Source of the DNA: Akkermansia muciniphila
GTDB taxonomy: Bacteria > Verrucomicrobiota > Verrucomicrobiia > Limisphaerales > BJHT01
Assembly (NCBI GenBank): GCA_945861535.1
Contig: CAMAUZ010000029.1
Location: 7,935 to 71,934 of the forward strand
Length of the DNA stretch: 64,000 nt
Direction: 5' to 3'
Both the position numbers and the translations under genes were made by a program. The notes beneath the pieces were generated by a model. It was not told where the DNA came from and searched no databases. It was given only the letters and a program-made list of their open reading frames with translations. Below are positions 8,801 through 16,635 of the stretch, piece by piece; positions within the stretch are counted from its first letter, which is position 1; the number at the start of each line of letters is the position of its first letter.

Positions 8801-9831
8801 GCAAACGCCGCGCCTACTTCGACACCACCGCCACCGCCCACGCCCTCGACGACACCTGCTACGTCGTCGAGCCGCGCCCGCTCGACGCCAAGCTCCTCCC
8901 CAACGGCCTCCCCGTTTTCACGCTCCACTACGCCAACGACGACGACGGCGACCGCGTCCTCGGCGCCGATTCCAAGCTCCACTTCACCGCGCCCGCCGAT
9001 GGCCGCTACCTCGTCCGCGTCACCGACACCCGCGGCACCGGCGGCGAGCGGTACACCTACCGCCTCACGATCCGCCCCGCCCAGCCTGATTTCCAAATCA
9101 CCCTGCAAGGCGCTAACCCCACCGTCGCCGCCGGTGCGGGCGCGAGCTTCGGCTTCCGCGCCGACCGCCTCGATGGCTTCGCCGACACCATCCGCATCAA
9201 CATCGCCAACCTCCCCGCCGGCTACTCCGCCGCCACGCCCATCACCATCCAGCCCGACCGGCTGCTCGCCGAGACCACACTCTTCGCCGCGCCCGACGCG
9301 AAGCCCGCCGACGCCGCGGCGTGGGCCAAAGTAAAAATCACCGCCACCGCCAGCATCGCCGGCCAGACCGTCACCCACGACCTGATGAACCTCGGCACCG
9401 TCAAACTCGGCCCGCCCGCCAACGTGCAAATCGTCCTCGAACCCGGCGGCGACTCGACCCTGAAAACCGCGCCGAACCCCGCGCCCGAACGCCCGCTCGA
9501 AATCACCATCACCCCCGGCGAAACCGTCGCCGCCTGGATACGCACCATCCGGCACGGCAACACCAACCTCGTGAACCTTGACATCAGCGGCCTCCCCTTC
9601 GGCATCATCGTGGACAACATCGGCCTCAACGGCGTGCAAGTCCGCGCCGGCGAAACCGTGCGCGACATCTACCTCACCGCCGCCCGCTGGGTCCCCGAGC
9701 AAGACCGCCCCTGCTTCGCCGTCACCCAATCCGCCCGCAACGACGCCCCCAGCACCCCCGGCACCCAAACCTCCTTCCCCGTCCTCCTCAAAGTCCGCAA
9801 AGCCACGACCTCAGCGGTGAGTCAGAAGTAG
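5842..9831 (+). CDS. Giant secreted protein: PSCyt1 (CxxCH) domain, WD40 beta-propeller, Ig-like and pre-peptidase C-terminal (PPC)-like domains
   Basis: 'CLDCHAKQDPEGGLVLE...IKSWIDAGA' (PSCyt1). About seven WD40 repeats, e.g. 'GHRGNITALAFSADG' and 'GHNGAVFGLAFRPDG'. 'ETEPNDTSAQAQ...DADLFAFEAKRGQ' (PPC-like). The start lies 1 nt after the previous stop. Confidence 0.85.
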   Translation: MNSLCPLFARKLRQPFATSVFAFFVLFRGPSSSAEAPDFARHIAPLFQQHCLDCHAKQDPEGGLVLEDHASLLKGGDSGPAILPGKSSDSRLVKFLEGRSGKEGKNQFMPPGKKKHLDPAEIALIKSWIDAGAKAPAAPTIASLNIPKITPKTAPARSITALAFSAPAKLLAAGRYGEIDLLDATTRQILRTLPGHRGNITALAFSADGTQLFAAAGDPGLVGEVRQWNLTDPAQPKLLRAWDAHPDALYALALAPDGQTLATGSYDQRIKLWDTATGAERRTLKGHNGAVFGLAFRPDGRVLASASADRTVKLWDPATGARLDTLSQPTKELFTIAFAPDGKTLAAGGADNRIRLWQVTDRALEGSNKLLYARFGHEGSVLKLAFTPDGKTLVSTAADKSVKLWTTAELTERSVLEPQSDWASALVLTTTGQLIIGRLDGTLGFYNATTGTALAPAAKKSARGAPISDPALLSVAADVRRRMLPATELPSFKKMPEPFASKPPAGSETGAPSARVLRRLLAANPTAFFAQTAKKNDKPAAAKAAQTKAVADKKAAAAGKPVLTRLEPPALQRGATSEIKLFGKNLAELTGLKFSNPKLLAEILPADPAKPDEARVKITADASLPRAPIEVSAVTAAGESEKLKLTLDDLPQIAAPLAPKPGAPVPLASLPVGIWGVLKEAGARSEFVFAARAGQTLVFDLAARRIASKAVTPALQLFDDRGVLVASNYGMENNTDPLLAFHVPRDARYTIRVSEVTLEGSTDHTYHLTLGALPYVTGFFPISAGTNKEIEVTLAGYNLPAPTVRVTTTAPGNAKLPLAPTIRTRGTPELLVTDATELIETEPNDTSAQAQFLPIPSSVNGRLFSSRDAARTANATAAPDADLFAFEAKRGQQLVLETLAARAGSLADTKLEILFPNGEPVPRLRFQAVRDSWINFRRQDANAVGVRIANWEEMDLSQYVWFNGDIQRVVQMPRGPDADMIFANNNGKRRAYFDTTATAHALDDTCYVVEPRPLDAKLLPNGLPVFTLHYANDDDGDRVLGADSKLHFTAPADGRYLVRVTDTRGTGGERYTYRLTIRPAQPDFQITLQGANPTVAAGAGASFGFRADRLDGFADTIRINIANLPAGYSAATPITIQPDRLLAETTLFAAPDAKPADAAAWAKVKITATASIAGQTVTHDLMNLGTVKLGPPANVQIVLEPGGDSTLKTAPNPAPERPLEITITPGETVAAWIRTIRHGNTNLVNLDISGLPFGIIVDNIGLNGVQVRAGETVRDIYLTAARWVPEQDRPCFAVTQSARNDAPSTPGTQTSFPVLLKVRKATTSAVSQK
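7264..7289 (+). repeat. GTAG-hairpin mini-REP copy located inside the giant CDS
   Basis: 'GTAGCCGCCGACGTGAGGAGGCGGAT' = GTAG, stem CCGCC, loop GACGTGAGGA, stem GGCGG. The same element occurs in intergenic DNA at 14618 and 57287. Confidence 0.8.
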
Positions 9832-9962
9832 AAACCCGAGCGCGGGCGGCCCGGCTGCAAGACTTTTGGCAAAGGAATGGGGGAATGGATTTGAGTCCTC
9901 GCGGCTATCTCAACTGCTCCCATTCCTTTGCCCCAAATTCCTTTGCCAAGAATCCCCTGCCC

Positions 9963-9988
9963 GTGGCCGCCGAGGTGAGGAGGCGGAA
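9963..9988 (+). repeat. GTAG-hairpin mini-REP, variant (GTGG)
   Basis: 'GTGGCCGCCGAGGTGAGGAGGCGGAA', intergenic, downstream of the giant gene. Confidence 0.65.
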
Positions 9989-10032
9989 CCAATGGCGGAC
10001 TCGGAAGGAGAACGAAATCTGCGGAGGACGGA

Positions 10033-10224
10033 TTATCCCGCCGTGCCCAGCTCGCGTTCGAGCATGGCAACGAAAACGTGTTTCCAGCGCGCCTTCTGCC
10101 GCGCGACGGACTCGGTGGAATCGAGCCGCTTCTCCAAGAACAGTCCCGACTGCGGCTCGCTGAAACGCAGGATGCGCCCGCCATCGGCGAGCTTGAGCAG
10201 GAGCAGTTCGACATCGCGTTTCAT
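10033..10224 (-). CDS. Hypothetical small protein (63 aa), no recognisable domain
   Basis: ATG start 9 nt after the stop of the upstream minus-strand ORF. The composition looks protein-like. The mirror plus-strand ORF (10078..10653) is E/Q/G-rich, as antisense ORFs usually are. Confidence 0.35.
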   Translation of the reverse strand: MKRDVELLLLKLADGGRILRFSEPQSGLFLEKRLDSTESVARQKARWKHVFVAMLERELGTAG

Positions 10225-10233
10225 GGGCGCAGT

Positions 10234-10695
10234 TTAGGCGGGGAATCCGAAATCTGCCACGAGCAGGTTCAGGGTTCGGGGGGAGGCGAGACCCAGGCGT
10301 TGGTGGGCGGCCTGGGCGGCTTGCTCGAAGTGCCCCTCGTTGAGTTCGAGCACGGCATCGGGCGGACGCTCGGCGGCGACCGTCGCCGCTTCCAGCACCT
10401 CGTGATACAGGGAAACGAACAACTCGCGTTCGTCCAGGTCGGCGCGCAGATAGATGTGAAAGTGGTGGCCGTGAATCAAGGTCTGGGCGGTGGCCGCCCG
10501 TTCGATTGGGTCAAGGAGCGGCTGGGCCGTCAGCCGGACTTCGACCAGCAAATAGCCGCCGCGCAGGGCAAGATTCTGAAACGGCGAGAGATCAAGCACG
10601 GCCTGATTGTGGGTGGCACCCGGAAGCGGCTTCAACCGGAAAGCGGCCGATGAAATCGTTACGCAAGTCGCCGATGGGAGGACAAAAGCCAGCAA
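10234..10695 (-). CDS. Hypothetical protein; faint ImmA/IrrE-like layout with HEVLE in place of HExxH; start uncertain (no ATG in the ORF)
   Basis: 'HIYLRADLDERELFVSLYHEVLEAAT' parallels the '...IYIN....E.RFT.AHELGH' segment of M78 peptidases but lacks the second His. The only candidate starts are TTG or GTG. Confidence 0.35.
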   Translation of the reverse strand: MLAFVLPSATCVTISSAAFRLKPLPGATHNQAVLDLSPFQNLALRGGYLLVEVRLTAQPLLDPIERAATAQTLIHGHHFHIYLRADLDERELFVSLYHEVLEAATVAAERPPDAVLELNEGHFEQAAQAAHQRLGLASPRTLNLLVADFGFPA

Positions 10696-10746
10696 TCGCC
10701 GCCAACCTTTTGGCTTGGGAAATCAGCCGGGTGGCCACTCTCTCTC

Positions 10747-10772
10747 GTAACTAACGACGTGAGGAGGCGGAT
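10747..10772 (+). repeat. GTAG-hairpin mini-REP, degenerate copy
   Basis: 'GTAACTAACGACGTGAGGAGGCGGAT'. Loop and 3' stem are conserved; the 5' stem is decayed. Confidence 0.6.
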
Positions 10773-10777
10773 CGCGT

Positions 10778-10856
10778 GGTAGGGCGCGTCTGTCCCCAGC
10801 GCGCCGGTTGCGTGTCCGTACGGCCCGCGGCGCGCTGCGGACAGACGCGCCCTACC
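10778..10856. repeat. Long GTAG...CTAC palindrome
   Basis: 'GGTAGGGCGCGTCTGTCCCCAGCGCGCC' pairs with 'GGCGCGCTGCGGACAGACGCGCCCTACC' across a 23-nt spacer. Confidence 0.8.
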
Positions 10857-11045
10857 CACCCCAATTCGTCGCCGCCGCCGTGCGGAGGCGGAGCTCCGCC
10901 AAACATTGGCGATACGAATTATGTCGGCGAGGCTGCGCCCCGCTGGTATCGGTCATCCAGCAATGAAGCGTGAGAGCAATCAACCCGTTTGCCTATTTCT
11001 CCTCCTCAGCGTGGAAGAGAACAACACTATGTGGGGCTTGATCTC

Positions 11046-11369
11046 ATGAAGCCGTTTGAGCTGCCGGTGTTCCGCGAGGCGGTGGCGTCCGGGAGAATCG
11101 AGTGGCGCAAACATGTGCTGCAAAAGCTCGCCGAACGCGGCATTCCGCAGCAGGCCGTCCGCGAGGTGCTGCTCGCGGGCGAACGGATTCGGGACTATGC
11201 CGATGACAAACCTTTTCCGAGCGCGCTGTTTTTAGGGTATGTGTCGGGCCGTCCGCTGCATGTGGTGGCAGCGTGCGACGAAGGCAGCGCGCGGGCGTTC
11301 ATCATCACGGCCTATGAACCATCGCTGGAAATTTTTGAAGCCGACCATCGAACCCGACGAAAATCATGA
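11046..11369 (+). CDS. DUF4258 domain toxin (type II TA toxin candidate)
   Basis: 'IEWRKHVLQKLAERGIPQQAVREVLLAGERI...PLHVVAA...AFIITAYEP' fits the DUF4258 pattern. 4-bp ATGA overlap with the downstream antitoxin gene. ATG at 11046 preferred over the TTG of the ORF track. Confidence 0.8.
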   Translation: MKPFELPVFREAVASGRIEWRKHVLQKLAERGIPQQAVREVLLAGERIRDYADDKPFPSALFLGYVSGRPLHVVAACDEGSARAFIITAYEPSLEIFEADHRTRRKS

Positions 11370-11599
11370 ACACGCAAAATGACCGATGCCCGCTCTGCGG
11401 CGGAAACCGAGCGGCGGGGGTGACCACGTTCACCGCGGATTTGGGGAGCGGGGTGGTCGTGGTGCGCAGGGTGAGCGCCACGGTGTGCTCGCAGTGTGGG
11501 GAAGAATGGATCGAGGACGCTGTCGCCCGCCGCCTGGAACAGGTGGTGATCGACGCGCGCCGGCAGCAGCGTGAGGTGGATGTCACGGCCTTCGCGTAG
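11366..11599 (+). CDS. YgiT-type zinc-finger protein, MqsA-family antitoxin candidate
   Basis: 'CPLCGG...TTFTADLG.GVVVVRRVSATVCSQCGEEW' carries two CxxC pairs typical of the YgiT/MqsA N-terminal zinc finger. Confidence 0.8.
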   Translation: MNTQNDRCPLCGGNRAAGVTTFTADLGSGVVVVRRVSATVCSQCGEEWIEDAVARRLEQVVIDARRQQREVDVTAFA

Positions 11600-11690
11600 T
11601 TTTTTTCGCGCCCGGCATGGGCCTTCGGGCGAGAGCGGACGCGCCGCGAGGTTTGGGCGCTAAAGCGGCGTGAACGCCGCGCGACGCCCG

Positions 11691-11715
11691 CTCGCCTCCT
11701 CACGTCGTCGGCTAC
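11691..11715 (-). repeat. GTAG-hairpin mini-REP (minus orientation, imperfect stem)
   Basis: The reverse complement reads 'GTAGCCGACGACGTGAGGAGGCGAG'. Confidence 0.6.
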
Positions 11716-11718
11716 CAG

Positions 11719-11773
11719 CTTGCTCCTTGTCCCTTCCCTTGAGCTTTATCCTTTGAGCTTTGAGCTTCGCCCC
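11719..11773 (-). repeat. Stop-codon-proximal purine-rich element (AAGCTCAAAG repeats)
   Basis: The plus strand reads 'CTTGTCCCTTCCCTTGAGCTTTATCCTTTGAGCTTTGAGCTT'. It lies 3 nt beyond the stop of the minus-strand gene 11776..14424. Confidence 0.75.
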
Positions 11774-11775
11774 GC

Positions 11776-14424
11776 TCAGTGCTGAAACAAAAACTCGTTG
11801 AGATTCAGCACCGACCACGCCACATCCGACAGCGCCGCCCCGCGATCTGCGCGCCCCGCGACATACCGCGTCGCCGTCGCCAATTCCGAGTCCGTCGGCG
11901 GACGGCACAGCGCCGCGCGATACAGGTCCGCGATGATCTCCCCATCCTTGCGCCCCTCCGCGATCTGCTTCCGCCACTGGTTGTTCGCCGACTGCAATTT
12001 CCCGTGCAACAGCGGCCCGTTGAAGAGCTGCAGCGCCTGCCCGAGATGCGTCGTCGTCGGACGCTCGCACGCGCACGCGGTCTGGCGCGGCGGCTGGCCG
12101 AACGTGCTGAGAAACGCGTTGTTCGCCTCGGGCGCGGGAAGCTGCGTCGCGAGCGTGCCGGGCGGGAGATTCGCGAACGTTTCTGGCAACCCGCTCACCT
12201 GACACACCGCGTCGAGCAACTGCTCCGCCGTGAGCAACCGCTGCCGATAGCGCGAAAAAAACTGCCGGTCGTCGTGATTAAAACGGTTCGGCGTCGAGCT
12301 GGTCTGATACGTGCGGCTGTTGAGAATCGTGCGCAGCAGTTGCTTGCGGTCGAAACGCTGCGTCGCGAACTCCTTCGCCAGCGCGTCGAGCAACTCGACA
12401 TTCGAGGGCGGATTGGAATCCCGGAAATCATCAATCGGCTCGACGATCCCCTGACCCATCACCTGCGCCCAGATGCGGTTCGCCTCGGCGCGCGCGAAGA
12501 ACGCATTGGTCGGCTGCGTGAGCCACTCGACGAACGCCGCGCGCCGGTCGGCCTCGGGCGGCAGGTTCATCTCCCCGCGATTCGGCGCCCACGGTTTCAT
12601 CTCCTTGCCCGTGCGCGGCTGCATCACTTCGCCCCGCCGCGCGACCCAGATGATTTGTTCGCCCGCGCGATTGCCCGGCTGCCGCTGGAGCCGCTCGAAC
12701 ACCGCGTTCATCCCGTAATAATTATCCTGCGTCCACCGCTCGAAGGGATGGTTGTGACAGCGCGCGCACTGGATGCGAACGCCGAGAAAAATCTGCGCCG
12801 TCGTCTCCGTCGCGTCGCTGCCCGTGGCGGCGGTGCGATAATAATTCGCCGCGGGATTCTCCAGCGTGCTCCCGTCCGCGAGCAGCAGTTCGCGCACGAA
12901 CTGGTCATACGGCTGGTTCACCTCGAACGCGCGCACGAGCCAGCGATGGAACTTATGCACGCCGCCCGCGCCCAGCGCCGTCGGATTCAGCCGCAGCCAG
13001 TCGCCCCATTTCAATGCCCAGAACCGCGGAAACTCCGGCCGCGCGAGCAGCTCATCAATCAGCCGCGCCCGCTTGTCCTTGGCCACGTCACCCAGAAAGC
13101 GCCGCGTCTCCGCCAGCGTCGGCAGCAGCCCGATCACATCGAGATAAACCCGCCGCACAAACTCCTCGTCGGTCGCCGGCTCCGACGGCAGGAACTGCAA
13201 CTGCCGCAGCTTCGCCTGCACGAGCGTGTCGATGAAATTGCTCACCGGCGGCGCCTGCCACACGAATCCCTCGATGTCCCGCACGAACGTAAAGCCCACC
13301 GTCTCAACATCCTCCAGAAACCGCACGCTCACCGCGACCTGCCCCCGTCCCTGACCCACGACCAATCCCTCCGGCGTCACCGTGGCAATCGCCTCGTCCG
13401 AACTCGCATACATCGCCAGCCGCGTGATGTCCCGCTCGGTGCCGTCGGCGAAGCGCGCCATCACCTGCAATTGCTGCGTGTGCGCCGGCCATTTCAGCAA
13501 CCGGCTCGCGCCCGGATGCACCACGATCCCCGTGCAGGCCGGAGCCTCCGCGCGATCAAACGCGCAGCCCTGATTGATCCAATCCACCAGCAGCCCATGC
13601 GCCTCCTCGCCCGCCCGCAGCCGCTGTCCGCCGCGATGCGCCACCTGCGCGAGCGGTTTGCGCAAGAGCAGGCTCGCCTCCGGTTCCAGCAGGTTGATGC
13701 GCCGGCTGAAGACCTCGCGCACCAGCGCATTCTTGTCCGCCTCCGGATCGAACGCGAACAGCGACAACGCAAATCCCCCCTTGCCACTCGGCGTCCCGTG
13801 ACACCCGCCCGAATTGCAACCCTGCTTGCTCAATGCCGCCAGCACGCCGTATTTGAACCCGACCGGCGCAGCCGCTCCCTGCGCCGCCACCTCCACCGGC
13901 ACCCGCGTCTCGCGCCCGCCCACGCTCACCCGCAGTTCCGTCCGCCCATCGCCCACCGGCGACACCCAGCCCGCCTCGACCCGGGCGACCTTCGCATCCG
14001 CGCTCTCGATGCGCGCCGCCCGCGTGAGATCCTGCATCGCCCCGTCCGCATAAAATCCCGTCACCACCACCTGCGCCCGCGCCCGCGCCCCCGCGAGCTT
14101 CACCGCCGCCGGATGCACCACCACCCGTGTCACCGCGCCGACCAGCACCGGCTGCAACTCCGCCGCCCTGCCCTCCCGCTCCACCTTCTCCGCCGCGGCC
14201 GCACTCGCGACGAACAACATCCCTAGCAGCAGCAACCCCAAACTCCGAAACCAAACGGGGAGCGCACGCGGCCCGCGTGCCGGTTTGGGTGGCCCGCCCA
14301 AACCGTCGTTCCCCGGTCTGACCAGCCCTCCGCCGGAAAAAGTGAGTGGAACGAAGTTTTCGGCGGGCCGCCGAAAACTGCACGCCAGCGGCGTGCGCTC
14401 CCCGGACCGTCGGGCGTTGTCCAT
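11776..14424 (-). CDS. DUF1549/DUF1553 (PSCyt2/PSD1) domain protein with Big_2-like N-terminal domain
   Basis: 'CNSGGCHGTPSGKGGF', 'CARCHNHPFERWTQDNYY', and a DUF1553-type C-terminus ending 'EFLFQH', as the paralogue at 2456 ends 'EFLFNH'. The start is set at 'MDNARRSG'; upstream parts of the ORF translate repeats. The start remains uncertain. Confidence 0.85.
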   Translation of the reverse strand: MDNARRSGERTPLACSFRRPAENFVPLTFSGGGLVRPGNDGLGGPPKPARGPRALPVWFRSLGLLLLGMLFVASAAAAEKVEREGRAAELQPVLVGAVTRVVVHPAAVKLAGARARAQVVVTGFYADGAMQDLTRAARIESADAKVARVEAGWVSPVGDGRTELRVSVGGRETRVPVEVAAQGAAAPVGFKYGVLAALSKQGCNSGGCHGTPSGKGGFALSLFAFDPEADKNALVREVFSRRINLLEPEASLLLRKPLAQVAHRGGQRLRAGEEAHGLLVDWINQGCAFDRAEAPACTGIVVHPGASRLLKWPAHTQQLQVMARFADGTERDITRLAMYASSDEAIATVTPEGLVVGQGRGQVAVSVRFLEDVETVGFTFVRDIEGFVWQAPPVSNFIDTLVQAKLRQLQFLPSEPATDEEFVRRVYLDVIGLLPTLAETRRFLGDVAKDKRARLIDELLARPEFPRFWALKWGDWLRLNPTALGAGGVHKFHRWLVRAFEVNQPYDQFVRELLLADGSTLENPAANYYRTAATGSDATETTAQIFLGVRIQCARCHNHPFERWTQDNYYGMNAVFERLQRQPGNRAGEQIIWVARRGEVMQPRTGKEMKPWAPNRGEMNLPPEADRRAAFVEWLTQPTNAFFARAEANRIWAQVMGQGIVEPIDDFRDSNPPSNVELLDALAKEFATQRFDRKQLLRTILNSRTYQTSSTPNRFNHDDRQFFSRYRQRLLTAEQLLDAVCQVSGLPETFANLPPGTLATQLPAPEANNAFLSTFGQPPRQTACACERPTTTHLGQALQLFNGPLLHGKLQSANNQWRKQIAEGRKDGEIIADLYRAALCRPPTDSELATATRYVAGRADRGAALSDVAWSVLNLNEFLFQH

Positions 14425-14617
14425 CTTCGGCTTCGGAGTTCGGCTCAACACCGCTCCGGCAAGGCGCGTCGCCCTGCGCCCCGCGGTCGCTCGTACCCAC
14501 GGCACGGCATCGGAAGGACAAGGAGAAATCGCGGACAGCAAAAGCACAAGTGGTGGGTTTTGGTTAATGACCGCGGACTGACTCAGAGTGGAAAACCCCG
14601 ATTCATAAATCCTCCCC

Positions 14618-14643
14618 GTAGCCGCCGAAGTGAGGAGGCGGAT
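14618..14643 (+). repeat. GTAG-hairpin mini-REP
   Basis: 'GTAGCCGCCGAAGTGAGGAGGCGGAT'. Confidence 0.8.
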
Positions 14644-14747
14644 CGGGGGCTGCGCGCGGGCCGTCCGCCGATCCATGAACTTGGGCATGGGGCGCCGAGC
14701 ATTGCTCGGCATGGGGTGCGGGAGATGCCCGAGCCGAGCAACGATGT

Positions 14748-14961
14748 GTTTAGCGCCAAAGGCGCGGCTCATACCAGCCTGGGGCAACGCCCCAGGTCAG
14801 ATGTCAGCCAATGAATTCAGGGGCTGAAAGCCCGTTCCATCTTCCTGATGAAGGGTGATCCGTCCCCGCGATGGACCGCGCTTTCAGCGCTCAAATGGTA
14901 AATGGCTCGTTTCCTGGGGCGTTGCCCCAGGCTGGGATAAGTCCACGCCTTTGGCGCTAAA
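14748..14961. repeat. Family-4 composite palindrome (TTTAGCGCC...GGCGCTAAA)
   Basis: Six symmetric small hairpins: GCGCCAAAGGCGC, CCTGGGGCAACGCCCCAGG, GGGCTGAAAGCCC, GCGCTTTCAGCGC, CCTGGGGCGTTGCCCCAGG and CGCCTTTGGCG. Confidence 0.8.
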
Positions 14962-15169
14962 CAGATACGCCGAGCCAAGCTCGGCGCTCCGATTCAAGAG
15001 CACGCGACCCGACGTTGCGTCGTGTGGTTCTCCTTGCCCTGAGTTGGAACTGGCGGCGAGACGCCGCCCGAACTCGCAGGCGAGGACGCCTGCGGTACAA
15101 GCCGGCCCGCGGGCCACCCGTGCTCCTGCCGTTCGCTACGCTCTCCACCACCGCCGCCAGCCTCGGACT

Positions 15170-15226
15170 GGTCCTTGAAACTTGTCCCTTCCCTTGAGCT
15201 TTGAGCTTTATCCTTTGAGCTTTTTT
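15170..15226 (-). repeat. Stop-codon-proximal purine-rich element (AAGCTCAAAG repeats)
   Basis: The plus strand reads 'CTTGTCCCTTCCCTTGAGCTTTGAGCTTTATCCTTTGAGCTTTTTT'. It lies 7 nt beyond the stop of the minus-strand gene 15233..16405. Confidence 0.75.
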
Positions 15227-15232
15227 CCGGCG

Positions 15233-16405
15233 TCACTTCGCCACCGGTTTCCCAAACTTCTCCTCCGCCCATTTCTTGAACTCGCCCTGCGCCTTGCCGC
15301 CATCGAACGGGAAGCCGCCGTGCTGCACCATCCACACGGTGACCAGACCGCGCGCCGGATCAATGTTCATGCCGGTCGCGTGCGCGCCGCCGTGGCCGAA
15401 GCCGCCCTGGTTCACGCTGAACCCGAGGCCGTAGCTGTCCTTCAGCGTGGCCGCCGTCTGCCGCGTGCCGAGCTGCTTCACCGCCGCTTCGGACAACACG
15501 CGCTTGCCGTCCAGCGTCCCGCCATTCAGCAGCATCTGGCAGAACCGCGCCGTGTCCTGCGCCGTCGAGAACAACCCGCCCGCCGGCATCGGATAGCGGT
15601 TCACGCGATCCGTGAGCGGATAGATCAGTTGCGAAATCTTGAACTCCTCGAGGTTCAGCTTGTCCGCCGTGGGCCGATACGATTTCGCCAGCCGGCTCAC
15701 CTGCTCGTCGTTCGGCCAGAACGTCGTGTCCTTCATGCCCAGCACGTCGAACAGCCGCTTCTGCATAAAAGCCTCGTAGCTCATCCCGCTCACCACCTCG
15801 AGAATGCGCGCCGCCGTGTTGATGCCCGCGTTGCTGTACAAAAACTTCGAGTCCGGCTCGAACTGCAGCGGCATCATCGCGTAGCTCCGCACCGCCAGGC
15901 GCAACGACAGATTGTCCAGCGTCGGCTCCTCGACCCCGGACTTGAACGCCAGCCCGCTCGTGTGCGCGAGGACGTTGCGCACGGTGATCGGATGCTTCGG
16001 CTTCTTCAGCAACACATGCTCGCCATCCTTCTCCGCGATGACCATCTGGCCCTTGAACTCCGGCAGATATTTTTCGACCGCGTCGTCGAGCGACAGTTTG
16101 CCCTCGTCCACGAGCATCATCACCGCCGCCGCCGTCATCGGCTTGGACTGCGACGCGATCCAGAACAGCGCGTTCTCCGCCATCGGCTTCTGCGACTTGA
16201 TGTCGGCGAAACCCACCGTCTCGACGCTCAGCAGCTTCTCCCCCGACGCCACCAGTGCCACCGCGCCCGCGAGCGCATGGCGATCCACAAACGGCTGCAA
16301 GATCACCGCGGCCTTTGCCGCCGGCTCGGCGGCGACGACGTTGAAGTTGAGCAAAGCCAACGCGAGCAACGAAACGAAAGAGGCCGGAGGGAGCAGGTAT
16401 TTCAT
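15233..16405 (-). CDS. Serine hydrolase, beta-lactamase/PBP4-like family (class C fold), secreted
   Basis: SxxK 'SQSK', 'YSN', 'HGG', and the signal peptide 'MKYLLPPASFVSLLALALLNFNVVAA'. Confidence 0.85.
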   Translation of the reverse strand: MKYLLPPASFVSLLALALLNFNVVAAEPAAKAAVILQPFVDRHALAGAVALVASGEKLLSVETVGFADIKSQKPMAENALFWIASQSKPMTAAAVMMLVDEGKLSLDDAVEKYLPEFKGQMVIAEKDGEHVLLKKPKHPITVRNVLAHTSGLAFKSGVEEPTLDNLSLRLAVRSYAMMPLQFEPDSKFLYSNAGINTAARILEVVSGMSYEAFMQKRLFDVLGMKDTTFWPNDEQVSRLAKSYRPTADKLNLEEFKISQLIYPLTDRVNRYPMPAGGLFSTAQDTARFCQMLLNGGTLDGKRVLSEAAVKQLGTRQTAATLKDSYGLGFSVNQGGFGHGGAHATGMNIDPARGLVTVWMVQHGGFPFDGGKAQGEFKKWAEEKFGKPVAK

Positions 16406-16635
16406 CGTTCGACCGTGGAGACGGCCACGCGAAAATGCACGCAATTCCCTCGGGATCGGGCGGGCCGCGGGGCCGCGCCGGTGATTGCGCGTGGACGGTC
16501 CGCGGGGATTCGTTCAGGCTCGCGGGCGTGGGTTACACGGTCAAACAACTGGAGCAGATGCAGCAGCGGCTGGCGCGTCCGAAGCGGGCGTCCGGCCCGG
16601 CGGTGGAGGCGGCGCTGGTCCCGGCGGCGAACGCG

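Noticed and set aside
9831-10032. 'GGCAAAGGAATGGG ... CCCATTCCTTTGCC' hairpin and related 'GGGGAATTTGGGGCAGGGGAATGGGG' at 46870..46915, considered as another repeat family.
   Set aside because: They are probably real short repeats. With only two loosely similar occurrences in the window, I could not define boundaries or a consensus well enough to list them as features.
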